From positions 124,001-188,000 of the forward strand of contig NW_021835962.1 in NCBI RefSeq assembly GCF_006345805.1: a stretch of DNA of 64,000 nucleotides. Direction: 5' to 3'. The stretch comes from Octopus sinensis (Eukaryota). Positions 23,158 through 34,059 of this stretch are shown here, one piece after another. How positions within the stretch are numbered: the stretch's first letter is position 1; every line of letters starts with the position of its first letter. The notes under the pieces were generated by a model that ran no database searches, was not told the DNA's origin, and saw nothing but the letters and a program-made list of their open reading frames with translations. Made by a program: the position numbers and the translations under genes.

Positions 23158-24409
23158 TAGTTATTACTTCTTCAATTATTTCTTTTTTTGTTTAGTTACT
23201 TTCTAAAACATGCCGGTTTTAGCTTCCATAATCATTTTTAAAAATACTTCAACACCAGATTTGTATAGTTTACTATCGAAAAAATTGTGTTAAACATATT
23301 GAAAATGCATTAATGTATGGGGTCATTTAAAGAGCGAATACAAAGTTCGCTCATAATTTCGTATCATTTGTACCCCAGCTATAATGTAGGATTTTAAAAT
23401 AGAAAAATTTCTTTTCCTCGTAAGTGAAGCCTTCCAAAAAAATACAATCGCATATGTTTACTATGTTCATTATATTTTAATTACATAAATTAGAAAATAT
23501 TCCCGTAAGTTATCATATATTTTCTATTTATATTGAAATGCTATTACATAATCGTAGTTACCTAATAATTATTACATTCTTTATTATTCCTTTTCTTATT
23601 TGTTTACATAATGAAACAGCAGTTTTAGCTTTTATAATCATTCATTAGAAATACTCCAACAGCAGATTTTTATAGTTTGCTATCAATATAAACAATATTT
23701 TTGTCTCCATTCCAAGGGAAGTGTTAGCAGGCAAAAGTTTTCTCACTTTTTTTCTAAACTTTTGTTTAATAATAAATTTGTGAAATACGCTACATAGATC
23801 TTCAAAAGGTGGCCATTGATTATATGTTCATGTGAATGCCTGATCTAGCAACCCCACTTAGTTCTCGGGAGCAGTCTTTCTCGTGTTCTTTGTACTCACA
23901 CTCATTCACCACAAAATTTTCCAAGACAGGAGACTCGTCATTTCTTTCTAACTCTCTATTTCAGCTGGTATCTATGCCTTTGCCAATGGTCCTCAACTTT
24001 TCTCACTCTCCTTACGCTATGCTCACTCCATCAAAATTCTCCATGCCACAATGACGAACATAGTAGCCTACATACATCACTTTATCACCGACCACAACAA
24101 ACAACTGGAGATTTACCGCCAGTTTAGCCAGCTATTCCAATCCTATCTGGAGAAACAACTCCGACTGAATTCCACTTCAAGAGAGTCTCAGGTTCCTCAA
24201 GAACCAAGGAAGTAGCAGTGAGTCCTCTCTTTTTATTGACAGTGCTCTTCTAGGTCGTCTAATAAGGACAGTTTTTTTAAGCTTGAAATTGAAAAATATG
24301 AAGGCAATAGATTTCCAAGAAACTTTTTCCTTCGTATGGCTTGCCATTTAGAAGGCCTTCGATAGTATCTGGCACTTAGATGTTTTCAAAAGAATTTTAT
24401 AGGGTTTTC

Positions 24410-24512
24410 GGATCAATATAATAACTTTTCGAATCATATAATAATTTTTCGAACCAATATAATAATTTTTAGAATCAATATAATATTTTTTCGAATCAAT
24501 AATAATTTTTAA
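24410..24512. repeat. Minisatellite, about 5 copies of a 21-bp unit
   Basis: Unit GAATCAATATAATAATTTTTC repeated with small variations. Confidence 0.8.
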
Positions 24513-25339
24513 ATTCAAAGAATTTTTAAACTCAAAGAAATTCAAAGAAAAAAAGATCAAAAAGAGTAAATTATCGTTATTCTTGAATCACTTCAGAATT
24601 TGAGCATCTAACTCTTTTAAAAGAATTTAAAGCCTTGGTGACGGTTCTCAGTGATATAAATTTCAAATTAAATTTGAAAAATATCCATTCGCTCAAATCC
24701 TTCAAAGATCTGGTGCAATCTTCATCAACATTTTCAACTAATATGATGTCATTTAAGAAAAAAGCTCAATATTAGCCTAAATTTTTTTTCGGGCCGCAAT
24801 CTGTCGTCTTTCAGTCTGTATTTCACCTCTTAAAAGGAGTTTAGGGATCGTGTATAAAGGTCATCATGAGAATTCCGGCAATCCTCCCAGGTTCCGAATA
24901 CGACGGGGAAAAAAGATGGTGGCCCATGAGAGTTTGGTATTTGTAGGTTTTCACGCGCCTCACCCCATTTTGGTTATGATATGCATTGTCCCAGTAAATA
25001 GAGATACCAGGAAACAGCGATTCACTGTAAAATAATTATAATATTTTACGCGTGAAAACCTACGAATCGCTATATCCTGACATCTCTATTTATTATAAAA
25101 GTGATTCCCCAGTTTGCCAAATTTATAGTTCTCAGATTTTTGAGTACGTGACATAATATTTACCTTAAAAAACAAAAATCGATTCTTTTCTTTAATACGT
25201 AAATATGAAAATTTTCCGACGCCCAAACACTCCTCATTTCATAAGTATTCATAATTGCATGCTATTTTTCCTTTAAGCGTAGTTCTTTAGCTCCTCGAAC
25301 TTTAAGGGTGCGAGTCTAAAACACCATGTCGACGTAAAA

Positions 25340-26340
25340 ATAGATTTTGTTTCATTTCTCTAAATATATACGTTACGGTTGATTCCATCCATAAAAATGG
25401 TCGGAATATTTTTACTCTTTCTTATTTTGCCTTCACAGCTACACTTTGAACTCAAAATTTTTATCAAAAGCAGGGTTTAAAGAGGGATATTCATATGGCC
25501 ACGTGGCCATTTTTATGTTACTTTTAAATTATAAGTAATCAATGACAGTTGTAGTCTGCTACAAAATCTTTAGTTAATTCTAGCAAATGAGTTGTTTTTA
25601 TTTGAATCCATATCATTTGAAACTTTTTATATCTACATAATTAATGAAAAAAAATCACGAAAAAGAGCTACAAAACCTTGAATATGAAGTTGAAGAGTAC
25701 AAACACGAAGCCCAAATGTATGCATCTGTAAAGATGCTAGGGCGAAAGAAGAAATCTGAAATTCTATAATTTGTATGTGTAACAAAAAGTTTTAGTGTTT
25801 TTATTTAATCTTTAACTTAAATTTTTAGGTTAATTTTTCTAGTACTTATGGTAATCAAGTTATTTTTTGGTGTATTTTTTTTATTTTTTAGCTCAAAAAA
25901 TCGGCCTAGTTATTATAATTGATTTGAAGTTCGAAAAATGAACTTCCATGAAAATTGAATTTTTTGGTGTTAAAAAAAAGGCTTTTCATTTTTATGCCCC
26001 AAGCGACCCTCAGTGGTTGCATTTATTTCTGTCAGCCATATTTGTTTGATAACCTATTTTTCTTTACTTTTAGTATTTTACAGTTGCATGAAAGCAGGGT
26101 TTATAGACTGCTATCTATATGGCCATATGGCCATTGGTAGTTTACTTTAAATTGTAAGTAATAAAGCTAATCAATGACTGTTTTAGTCTGCTACAATATT
26201 TTAATTAATTCGTCAATCATTAGTTTATTCTAAAAAATTCTGTTCAACATTTTTCAATGTTCAGTGACGTTTGATTCTGCCCAGATATTAGAATAAAGGT
26301 TTCTTATCTATATTCCCCGTTTGTGACAGCGTGCCTTCTA
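25340..26340 (+). repeat. Composite Rep-A copy, including a short RTE-like coding remnant at about 25640-25750
   Basis: Homologous to 43740-44204, 42290-42790 and 296-760. The ELQNLEYEVEEYKHEAQMYASVKMLGRK segment is shared with 42680-42780. Confidence 0.85.
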
Positions 26341-26449
26341 TAACGATTTTAATTCATTTAATTAACTGTTCGTAATTAAATAAAAAATTATCTTGAATTA
26401 GTTTGCGATTAACAGACTTTTAAAAACACTTTAAAACTAATTAACTAAG

Positions 26450-29400
26450 CGTTGAAATCTGCACGTTGCACGTTGTTGCTGTTGTGGTGCACTTTTTTCT
26501 TTTTCTTTTCATTGTTATTTGCTATCCAATAATCCATTGTTGCTTCCCTTTCTCTTTTTTGTTTTTCTTTTCCTCTTTCTCTTTCTTTCTATCTCACCAA
26601 TAATCCATTTATTGCTAATTCTAATTTTCCATATCTATGTCTGTCTGTTCTGTTTGCAATATCCGTAATAATCGGAAAAAGACCATCCGTTGTGACCGTT
26701 GTTATGCCTTTTTCCATTTATCCTGCATCAAGCTTTCTAAGAAATCTGCCTCTTCCCTTTCCCGATGGGTTTGCTCTGCTTGCTCTTCTTTCCCCCCGTC
26801 ATATTTCGCTCCTGCCATCTGTACCGGGTCCTCTGATTTTACTAATCCTATCCCTTCGCCGGACCCCTTCCTGCTTAATCCAGAGTCTGTCTTAAGACTC
26901 GCTCGTGATTACCGGGCGTCCTATCGTATTCCTATAAGAATTCCTCGTTCTGCCCGTTTTTCCGCGGCGAAGGCTCTGTCTGCTTTGATCGAGTCAGTCA
27001 TTTGTGTTCAGTCCATTCCGAATTGGAACCGTTTGTTTTGCTTTGCCATATTTGCCCTGGGCTCCCCAGTTCAAGGCTTGGGCTCGGTAAAATCCCTTTC
27101 CTCTTCCATCAAGGAAAATATTAATAAGTTCATGGAGGATTCCTTCATTCTGCCTCCTCTTCTGGGCAAGTCCCATGAACCAACTACTCTTAAAGATAAT
27201 CGTATTCGTTTACGCAAACGTGTCAATTCCTGCCTTATGGCGCATGATGTCGGCTCTGCGGTCCGTATTCTTTCGTCTTCCGATTCCGTCCGTTCGATAA
27301 CCCCGGATGTCCTCAAAATTCTCAGCGCCAAGCACCCGGCTGGCGATGTCCCTGCCTTTTGTGCCCGGACCCCTGAGGAGGTCTCGATCGCCTCTTCATC
27401 TGTCCAACAACTTTTGTTTGCTTTGAAATCTTTCAGGGGGAACAGTAGTGGTGGTGTTGACGGTCTCCGTCCCATTCACTTAATGGACCTCATCTCCAAT
27501 ACTGCTGAGGCTGGAAACCGTCTTTCTCAATCCATTGCCAAGCTTTGTAACCTATTTCTCCGTGGGGACATATCCGAGCATGCCAGACTGCTCTTCTTCT
27601 CTGCGAACCTGTCTGCTTTGGGGAAGAAAGACGGCGGCATCAGACCTATTGCCGTCGGGAACGTTTTTCGTCGCTTGTTTGCAAAGGTCGGATGCAAGCT
27701 TGTAATTCCTTCTATTAGCGACGAACTCCAGCCCATTCAGTTGGGTGTGGGGGTACCTGGTGGGTGCGAGGCCTCGGTCCACGCTGCCCGGTGTTTCATT
27801 GAATCGGCTCGTCTCTCAGAGCGGCCCCAGTTATTATTAAAATTGGATGTGAAGAACGCTTTCAATTCGCTCAATAGAAAGCATCTTCTTGAGGTTTGCA
27901 AGGCCAGAATTCCTTCTCTGCTGCCCTTCATTTTTCTTTCTTATGGTAACCCGAGCCTCTTGGTTGCTGGCGATTCTTTCATTTCGTCTTCCTGTGGCGT
28001 ACAGCAAGGCGATCCTTTGGGTCCTTTATTATTTGCCCTCTCGGTGGACTTTGTCGCCCGCAGGATTGCGTCCCCTCTTAATATTTGGTATTTGGACGAC
28101 TGTACTATTGGTGGTCCGCCCGACATTTTGCTAAACGACTTGCAATCTCTACTCCCGGCGTTGTCATCTATTGGTCTTGAAATCAATTCTCTAAAATCTG
28201 AAATCGTTAATCTTAACGTCGAAGACCTCACCTTCGAAGACCTTTTTGCCCAGTTTCGTGGCCTCTTGCCCGATCTGAGGCAGACCTCTCATTCTGAACT
28301 TGAAATCCTGGGTGCCCCGATCCACCACCAATCGGTCTCTCGTATTCTCGATTCCAAGAGAAATGCTCTTGCTTCTCTTTGTGATAAACTTGTGGACATC
28401 GATCCCCATCCCGCTTTTTTTATCCTCAAAAACTTTCTTTTGATTCCGAGGATCAATTATGTCCTAAGGAGTTCCTGTTGCTTTTCTGTTCCCTCTGCTT
28501 TGGAGTCTTTTGACGCTCTGGTGCGTTCTTCAGCCGAGATTATTTTTAACGTCAAGTTCGATGATGTCGGTTGGCGTCAGGCCAAACTTCCTGTTCCTTT
28601 TGGTGGGCTTGGGCTCCGCTCGGCTCTCGACATTTCTCTTCCCGCTTTCCTTTCATCGTCTTCAGGATTGTATCTTCTTGTCCATAAGATTCTTGAAAAA
28701 TCGCCCGGATCTCGTTTGGACTCTGATATTAATTCTGATATTAATTCTGCACTTTTGCTTTGGAAGGAAAAAGGGCTTGAGTTCCCTTCTGATAGGTCCC
28801 TCCAACGTGAATGGGATAAAATTCTTAGTAAGCATCATGCGGACTCGTTGGAGGCTCTCCTGAACCAGCACAGACTGGCTTGTTACCGTGCCAGCCGCCA
28901 ACCGCATTCTGGCTCTTGGCTTAACTGCCTTCCTTCGACCCATTTGGACACCTGTCTTGACTCCGACGCCCTCCGTTTTGGCATTTGCCTCCGCCTCGGA
29001 CTTCCGATCTGTAGTCCCCACCCCTGCCGGTGCGGATCTACTATGGACGTATACGGGCTCCATGCCCTCTCCTGCAAGAAAAGCGCGGGTCGTATTCCAC
29101 GCCATTCGGCGATTAACAGAATCATTCTCGACTCACTCGAAAAGGCCGGCTACCCTTCTGTCCTTGAGCCTAAGGGTCTCGACCGTGGTGACGGGAAAAG
29201 GCCGGACGGCTCTACGTTGTTCTCGTTTTATTCTGGGAGACCTTTGGTCTGGGATTCCACTTGTGTGGATACCTTCTCAAAGTCTTTCATCAACGAATCG
29301 GCCTCTCTTGCTGGGTCTCGTGCTAATAAGGCTGAGCTTTCGAAGTGCCGGAAATATCAGTCTTTGATGGATGACTTTTGGTTTTGGCCAATCGTTGTCG

Positions 29401-29620
29401 AGACTTCCGGCGTCTTTGGCTCCGGGACCCTCACTTCCCTAAAGAAATTGGGACATCTTTGTTCTTCGCGGTCCAAGGACCCTAGGGAATTTACTTTCCT
29501 CATTCAGAGGATCCTGCTGGCTGTCATGCGTGGCAACAGCTGTTCCCTCCGTCTCGCTGGGAGAATTTATTAGTTTGTTGACTTTACTTAGTTAGCTGCA
29601 AAATTGACTTTAAAAGTTAT
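26450..29620 (+). mobile_element. Full-length CRE-clade non-LTR retrotransposon (CRE2), boundaries approximate
   Basis: Intact ORF 26637-29573 with a pyrimidine-rich 5' UTR, flanked by Rep-A modules on both sides. No clear poly(A) tail or TSD seen. Confidence 0.85.
26637..29573 (+). CDS. 978-aa PHD finger - RT - CCHC - restriction-like endonuclease protein
   Basis: CSVC..CDRC..H..C..WVCSAC PHD. RPIAVG, KLDVKNAFNS, GVQQGDPLGPLLF, WYLDD, CRCG..H..C, DGKRPDG, WDSTCVD, VETSGVFG. Confidence 0.95.
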   Translation: MSVCSVCNIRNNRKKTIRCDRCYAFFHLSCIKLSKKSASSLSRWVCSACSSFPPSYFAPAICTGSSDFTNPIPSPDPFLLNPESVLRLARDYRASYRIPIRIPRSARFSAAKALSALIESVICVQSIPNWNRLFCFAIFALGSPVQGLGSVKSLSSSIKENINKFMEDSFILPPLLGKSHEPTTLKDNRIRLRKRVNSCLMAHDVGSAVRILSSSDSVRSITPDVLKILSAKHPAGDVPAFCARTPEEVSIASSSVQQLLFALKSFRGNSSGGVDGLRPIHLMDLISNTAEAGNRLSQSIAKLCNLFLRGDISEHARLLFFSANLSALGKKDGGIRPIAVGNVFRRLFAKVGCKLVIPSISDELQPIQLGVGVPGGCEASVHAARCFIESARLSERPQLLLKLDVKNAFNSLNRKHLLEVCKARIPSLLPFIFLSYGNPSLLVAGDSFISSSCGVQQGDPLGPLLFALSVDFVARRIASPLNIWYLDDCTIGGPPDILLNDLQSLLPALSSIGLEINSLKSEIVNLNVEDLTFEDLFAQFRGLLPDLRQTSHSELEILGAPIHHQSVSRILDSKRNALASLCDKLVDIDPHPAFFILKNFLLIPRINYVLRSSCCFSVPSALESFDALVRSSAEIIFNVKFDDVGWRQAKLPVPFGGLGLRSALDISLPAFLSSSSGLYLLVHKILEKSPGSRLDSDINSDINSALLLWKEKGLEFPSDRSLQREWDKILSKHHADSLEALLNQHRLACYRASRQPHSGSWLNCLPSTHLDTCLDSDALRFGICLRLGLPICSPHPCRCGSTMDVYGLHALSCKKSAGRIPRHSAINRIILDSLEKAGYPSVLEPKGLDRGDGKRPDGSTLFSFYSGRPLVWDSTCVDTFSKSFINESASLAGSRANKAELSKCRKYQSLMDDFWFWPIVVETSGVFGSGTLTSLKKLGHLCSSRSKDPREFTFLIQRILLAVMRGNSCSLRLAGRIY

Positions 29621-29621
29621 G

Positions 29622-29860
29622 TAATTTGTATGTGTAACAAAAATTATTTGTGTTTTTATTGTTTAATTAAGTTAAGCTTTCAAGTTAATTTTTTTAGCTT
29701 GTAGTTTAATAAAGTTATTTTTTCGTTAAATTTTTTATTTTTAGCTTGAATAATTGATTTGAAGTTTGAAAAGTGAACTTCCATGCAAATTGAATTTTTT
29801 GGTGTTAAAAAAGAGGCGTTTCTTTTTTATGCCCCATGCAACCACTGAGGGTTGCATTTA
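29622..29860 (+). repeat. Partial Rep-A copy directly downstream of CRE2
   Basis: Homologous to 25767-26025: TAATTTGTATGTGTAACAAAAA ... ATAATTGATTTGAAG ... GAATTTTTTGG ... hairpin. Confidence 0.85.
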
Positions 29861-30207
29861 CTAATCCGCCTTGTTTGTTTTATTTGTTTCATTACCTGAT
29901 TCATGAGATGCACAAGTATTGAAATCTTATCATAAAGATGCACGACAGCCAGTCGTATTATCTGTCACCCCCGATAAAATCCAACTTGGATTTCTAGCAG
30001 ACTATAATTGTAAAATTTTTGTTGTATTTCACATGAAATATCAAGAGAAACAGATAGTTTGTCTTTTTATTAGCTTTTGCCTGTATCTTATAAATTTTTT
30101 AATGAGTCTCCCAAAGTTTATAACACAATATATTTAATTTCAATTTATTCTAATTATTATTATTTTGTGTTAAATTAAATTAAAAGAATAAATATATTCA
30201 CGCTTGT

Positions 30208-30908
30208 ATGTCTGTTCAGGTATATTCCAAGTGTATTTTGGAAATATTAAAATTATTACGCCAAAATTCTGATTCCAACGAGGAAATTAAAGCAGTTAGA
30301 ATTCTCAAATATCAATTAAATAGGTTTTTGAATATATGAAAAATCAGCTTACTGAGTCAGACCTTCTGGTTCTTTTATCTTTATTTCACATTCTAGAAGG
30401 AACTTCCTTTTAATGAAGATACAGTTTATTGCCGACTTACATCAGCTCCGTAAGTTAACTTTGATTATCTTAAAGAGATTGTAAATTAGAGGACATTGTA
30501 GCTCTCACTAACAGTTATTATGGCTATGATATTTTAAAAGACCAGAATATTCGACAAACTTCAGAAAGTTCAGATTTGTTAACAATTAATTTCGAATCGG
30601 AAAAGGAAACTGATTATTTTTCTGCAGAAAATAGTTCCACAGATTGTATTAAGTCAAATCGAATTTTATGGTCTATAAAAGAAGAAGCGACATTGTTGGA
30701 TGCTGTTAAGGTTTATGGAAAGGATTTTGATTATATTTCTACAATTTTACATGAGAATCAACGTTCAGCTTCGGCAAATGGGAAAAGATGTCATGTGATA
30801 AAAAGTTGTTCAAAAAAGTTAGTAAATATTGGAGAATTCATTTCAAAAAATAATTCTTCATTTATTTTTTTAATATTTGTTTACAATTTTGTTTTTATTG
30901 AACATTAA
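30208..30908 (+). CDS. SANT/Myb-domain protein (about 205 aa) with three micro-introns
   Basis: Introns 30295-30323 (29 nt), 30369-30396 (28 nt) and 30450-30475 (26 nt) join an ATG at 30208 to the ORF containing WSIKEEATLLDAVKVYGKDFDYISTIL..RS..A..KR. The C-terminal end is uncertain. Confidence 0.72.
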
Positions 30909-31465
30909 TTTTTTGTGTTTATTAAAATGTTTTTAAACCTTACTTGATTTAATTTTTTAGTTATATTTGTACGAGAGTGTTTCAATAATAAAACTAATTT
31001 TAGTTTTTAACCCTTTTTTAAAAGGATAGTTCTACATTTAAATTAGTAGTTTTGTTCTGTGGTTTATTGCTACATTCATTAATGTGTATTATTTAATACA
31101 AAAGTATTCCATTCCTAAAAATATTGATTCGTACTTGACGAAACGAAACATTTTTATTGTAAAACAAAAAAGGATAGTGACAACAATTAGGACGGAAATA
31201 TAAACGAGACAATTGATCATTGAAGGAACGTCCGGTTTTCTGTCTAGAGGCAAGTTATTGATTCAGACCGATAAATGGGTCGGTCACCCGAATTCGTCTC
31301 TGGAAAGACTGGAAAGATTCTTTGATGGTCTGCCGCATCTCCGAGGACTCGTAGATCTAACCTATAGGCTAGCATCTCCGAGGACTTTAGGCTGGGTCTC
31401 GTAATCTTTTCGATTTCATTAGAATTATCTTATTTAGCATCGATTGTGACTCAAGTACTGTAAAC

Positions 31466-32541
31466 CAGTGGTTCTCAACCTTTTTTGTCCGCGAACCCCT
31501 TGTGAGTAAATGAAAAATTTCGCGGACCCCCTACATATTTATTAAGTTTTTTGTCAAAAAAATTTTACTTATCTAAAAACAAAATTTATTATTAAATCAA
31601 TAAAGAAAATTAGTGAGAAGGTTGATATTGTTTTTTCGAGGCAATTTTTTCAATAAGAGGCTCGGTTGTCGACAAGCAAACCCTGATGTCATCTTCAATA
31701 TTCAGTCTTGCGCGATGATTATTTTTTATATTGAGAAGTGCTGAGAAGCCATGTTCGCATAAATATGTTGTCAGGAATATAAGCAACAAATTTAATGCAT
31801 TTTCGCTTACGGAAGGATAATGCTTACACATTTCGCACCAAAATCTTGATAAAGCAAGTTTTTCATACAAATCTCTTGCGTTTGAATTATTGATCATGTC
31901 AATAAAAGCCTCTTCGATATTTTCATCGACCAAACGTGGACCAACACTGAATGGTATACGAATGAATTTCAATGAGCAACACAAGTTACCTCAATTGTTA
32001 AAATTTTTAATTCTGCTTGATCAGAAGTAACAAATCGCATCCTAAATCCACTTTTCAAGTAAAATTGTTTTTCATCATCAAATTCAAACGATTCAGACAA
32101 TTTTTTAAGTCTATACTTTTGTCTTTTTGGAATTTCAGGACAATAATAATCATTCATTTTAAAATTTTTAATTATTTGCATTTCGCTCGCAGACAGTCTC
32201 AAGTAACTCATTTTTTTCGCGTGCGATTGATTATATTTTAGCAAAATAAAAATATTATATTTTAAAAAAATATATAATAATTTGTCATCATTAAGTCATT
32301 ATTATTTGAAATGATATGTTTTTTTGTTTTAAAGTGATGTACGGTCCGGCAAATGGCGGGTCCGGCAAATGGACGGTGACAATTTATAATATATCTAAAA
32401 GATATATTATTAATTATGATTTAATTCTATTATATATTAATTTAAAATTGTTATCATTAAATAGAAACATTTAAATAAAGTTTCAGAAAAATTTCGCGGA
32501 CCCCCTGGAATCTTTCGCGGACCCCAGGTTGAGAACCACTG
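31466..32541 (-). mobile_element. Non-autonomous hAT Buster/Charlie element carrying a Ginger 5' fragment
   Basis: Perfect TIR CAGTGGTTCTCAACC at both ends. 8-bp TSD CTGTAAAC (31458-31465, 32542-32549). hAT dimerisation domain at 31610-31950 (FWC..YP..ALNLLLIFLTTYLCEHGFS). Ginger-type terminus TGTCACCG at 32381 with an N-terminal ORF at 31980-32220. Confidence 0.92.
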
Positions 32542-32559
32542 CTGTAAACAGTAAGGGCA

Positions 32560-33700
32560 AGTAATTTTCACCAGGGACCGAGGTTTTTGATCTGCTCAGT
32601 TTCTTTTGTTGATTTGGAGGTAGGCCGATTTTTCCATGGCCAGCGCGAGTCGCTTACTGATGCACCCCCACTTTATCACCTCAATGTAACTGAAAAACCG
32701 TTTTCCGACGCTTTTGTGTCCTTTGAGATGTCCAGGACGAGAACTTCGTCAGCGTATAGGAAGAAAGTTGTCGAATAGTGAAGGGAAATTGCTCATTACC
32801 AAGTTGAATAGAAGTGGACTAAGAAAAGATCCTTGCAGCACCCCCTTTTCGGAGCCTGATGTTTCTTGTATGGAAGCCAGATTCAGATACGAATGAGTTG
32901 CTGTTCGAGAGGAAGCACCGCATTCAGAGCCTCTCCTGTTGGCTTACAGATTTGTACCTTCTCCTAACAGGTCCCGATACCATTGGCTGTCGAAAGTCTT
33001 TGAAATGTTTAGGCATTAGAGAAATAGAGTTTCTTTGAACTCTATTGACTAGGCAGTTAGGAAGCTTGTCACTTTGGCGTTTGGACTGATTTCCCGCATG
33101 TAGCCTGGTTGCGTAGGTGGTTAGATAGTGATGCATAAAATTGTTTAACTCATCACTCGCGGAGTCGATATCAAGAACAAAGCTGTACCCGTCCAAGCGA
33201 CCATTGTCGTGCAGGAGTATACTCAAGGAGCTCCTGCAGTGCGGTCAGTTGATCTTTAAGAAGCTGTACTGAATGAATTGGGGAGGTTGTCCCCCCATTC
33301 TTGTCTCTATAACAGTCAAACAAATAGTCATCCCAGGATTTGAAGATGTCCGTCTGGACTTATAGCGCTACGTGCATTAGAAGTCCTTCATGGTTGAATA
33401 TCAAGTAAAAATTGAAGGAAATGAGAATTTGGGGGTACACTCCCTGACTGAGACACACTTGGTGGATCAACTCGGTGATATGGTCCACTATAAAGTTGAT
33501 GACGTCTTCAATGTGGGAGGGGAGTCCATGCTTCTCCAGATATGCTTGGGCAGTCTCCTGTTATGTCCAGAACTGAAAAACGACCGACAAGACATGGTAT
33601 GGCTGGCAACAATAATTAAGACACTCAATAGGGGAGCCCGCAGGTTTTCTTCTTTTAGACAGTCAGATGAGTAAAGAGGTTGACTATTTATTTTAGATAA
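32560..33700 (-). mobile_element. Heavily degenerate Jockey/I-group-like LINE RT
   Basis: CLNISKTFDSQWYRDLL, KGVLQGSFLSPLLFNLVM and a frameshifted YADEVLV, with many stops. Confidence 0.7.
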
Positions 33701-34059
33701 AGCCATATTGTCAGAGGAGGAGCGCGAGATTGTACTGCAGTTTGGGCACGACTGGGAAATAACATGCATGGAGATGGATGAGCGGAGAAAGTAAAGAACT
33801 TTGCATTGATATATTTGGTGGACATAACGAAGATAGGAAATTCATTGAGAGTGCAGATATTCGACTCAACGTCTGGGGTTCAGCGTAAGGGGATACATTA
33901 GGATTTCTCCTATTTGTCTTCGCAATGGACCATATTGCCCAATAGCTGTCAAACCCACTCCATTTCTGGTATCTTGACGATATCCATGCGTTGATATTAT
34001 TTCGGATTTTAGCCAAATTGGTCTATCACTCAATGGTTCAAGTCGAAGTTCACTCTCCT

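Noticed and set aside
2772-29367. Short overlapping and antisense ORFs within CRE1 and CRE2
   Set aside because: Shadow frames of GC-richer RT coding sequence with no recognisable motifs.
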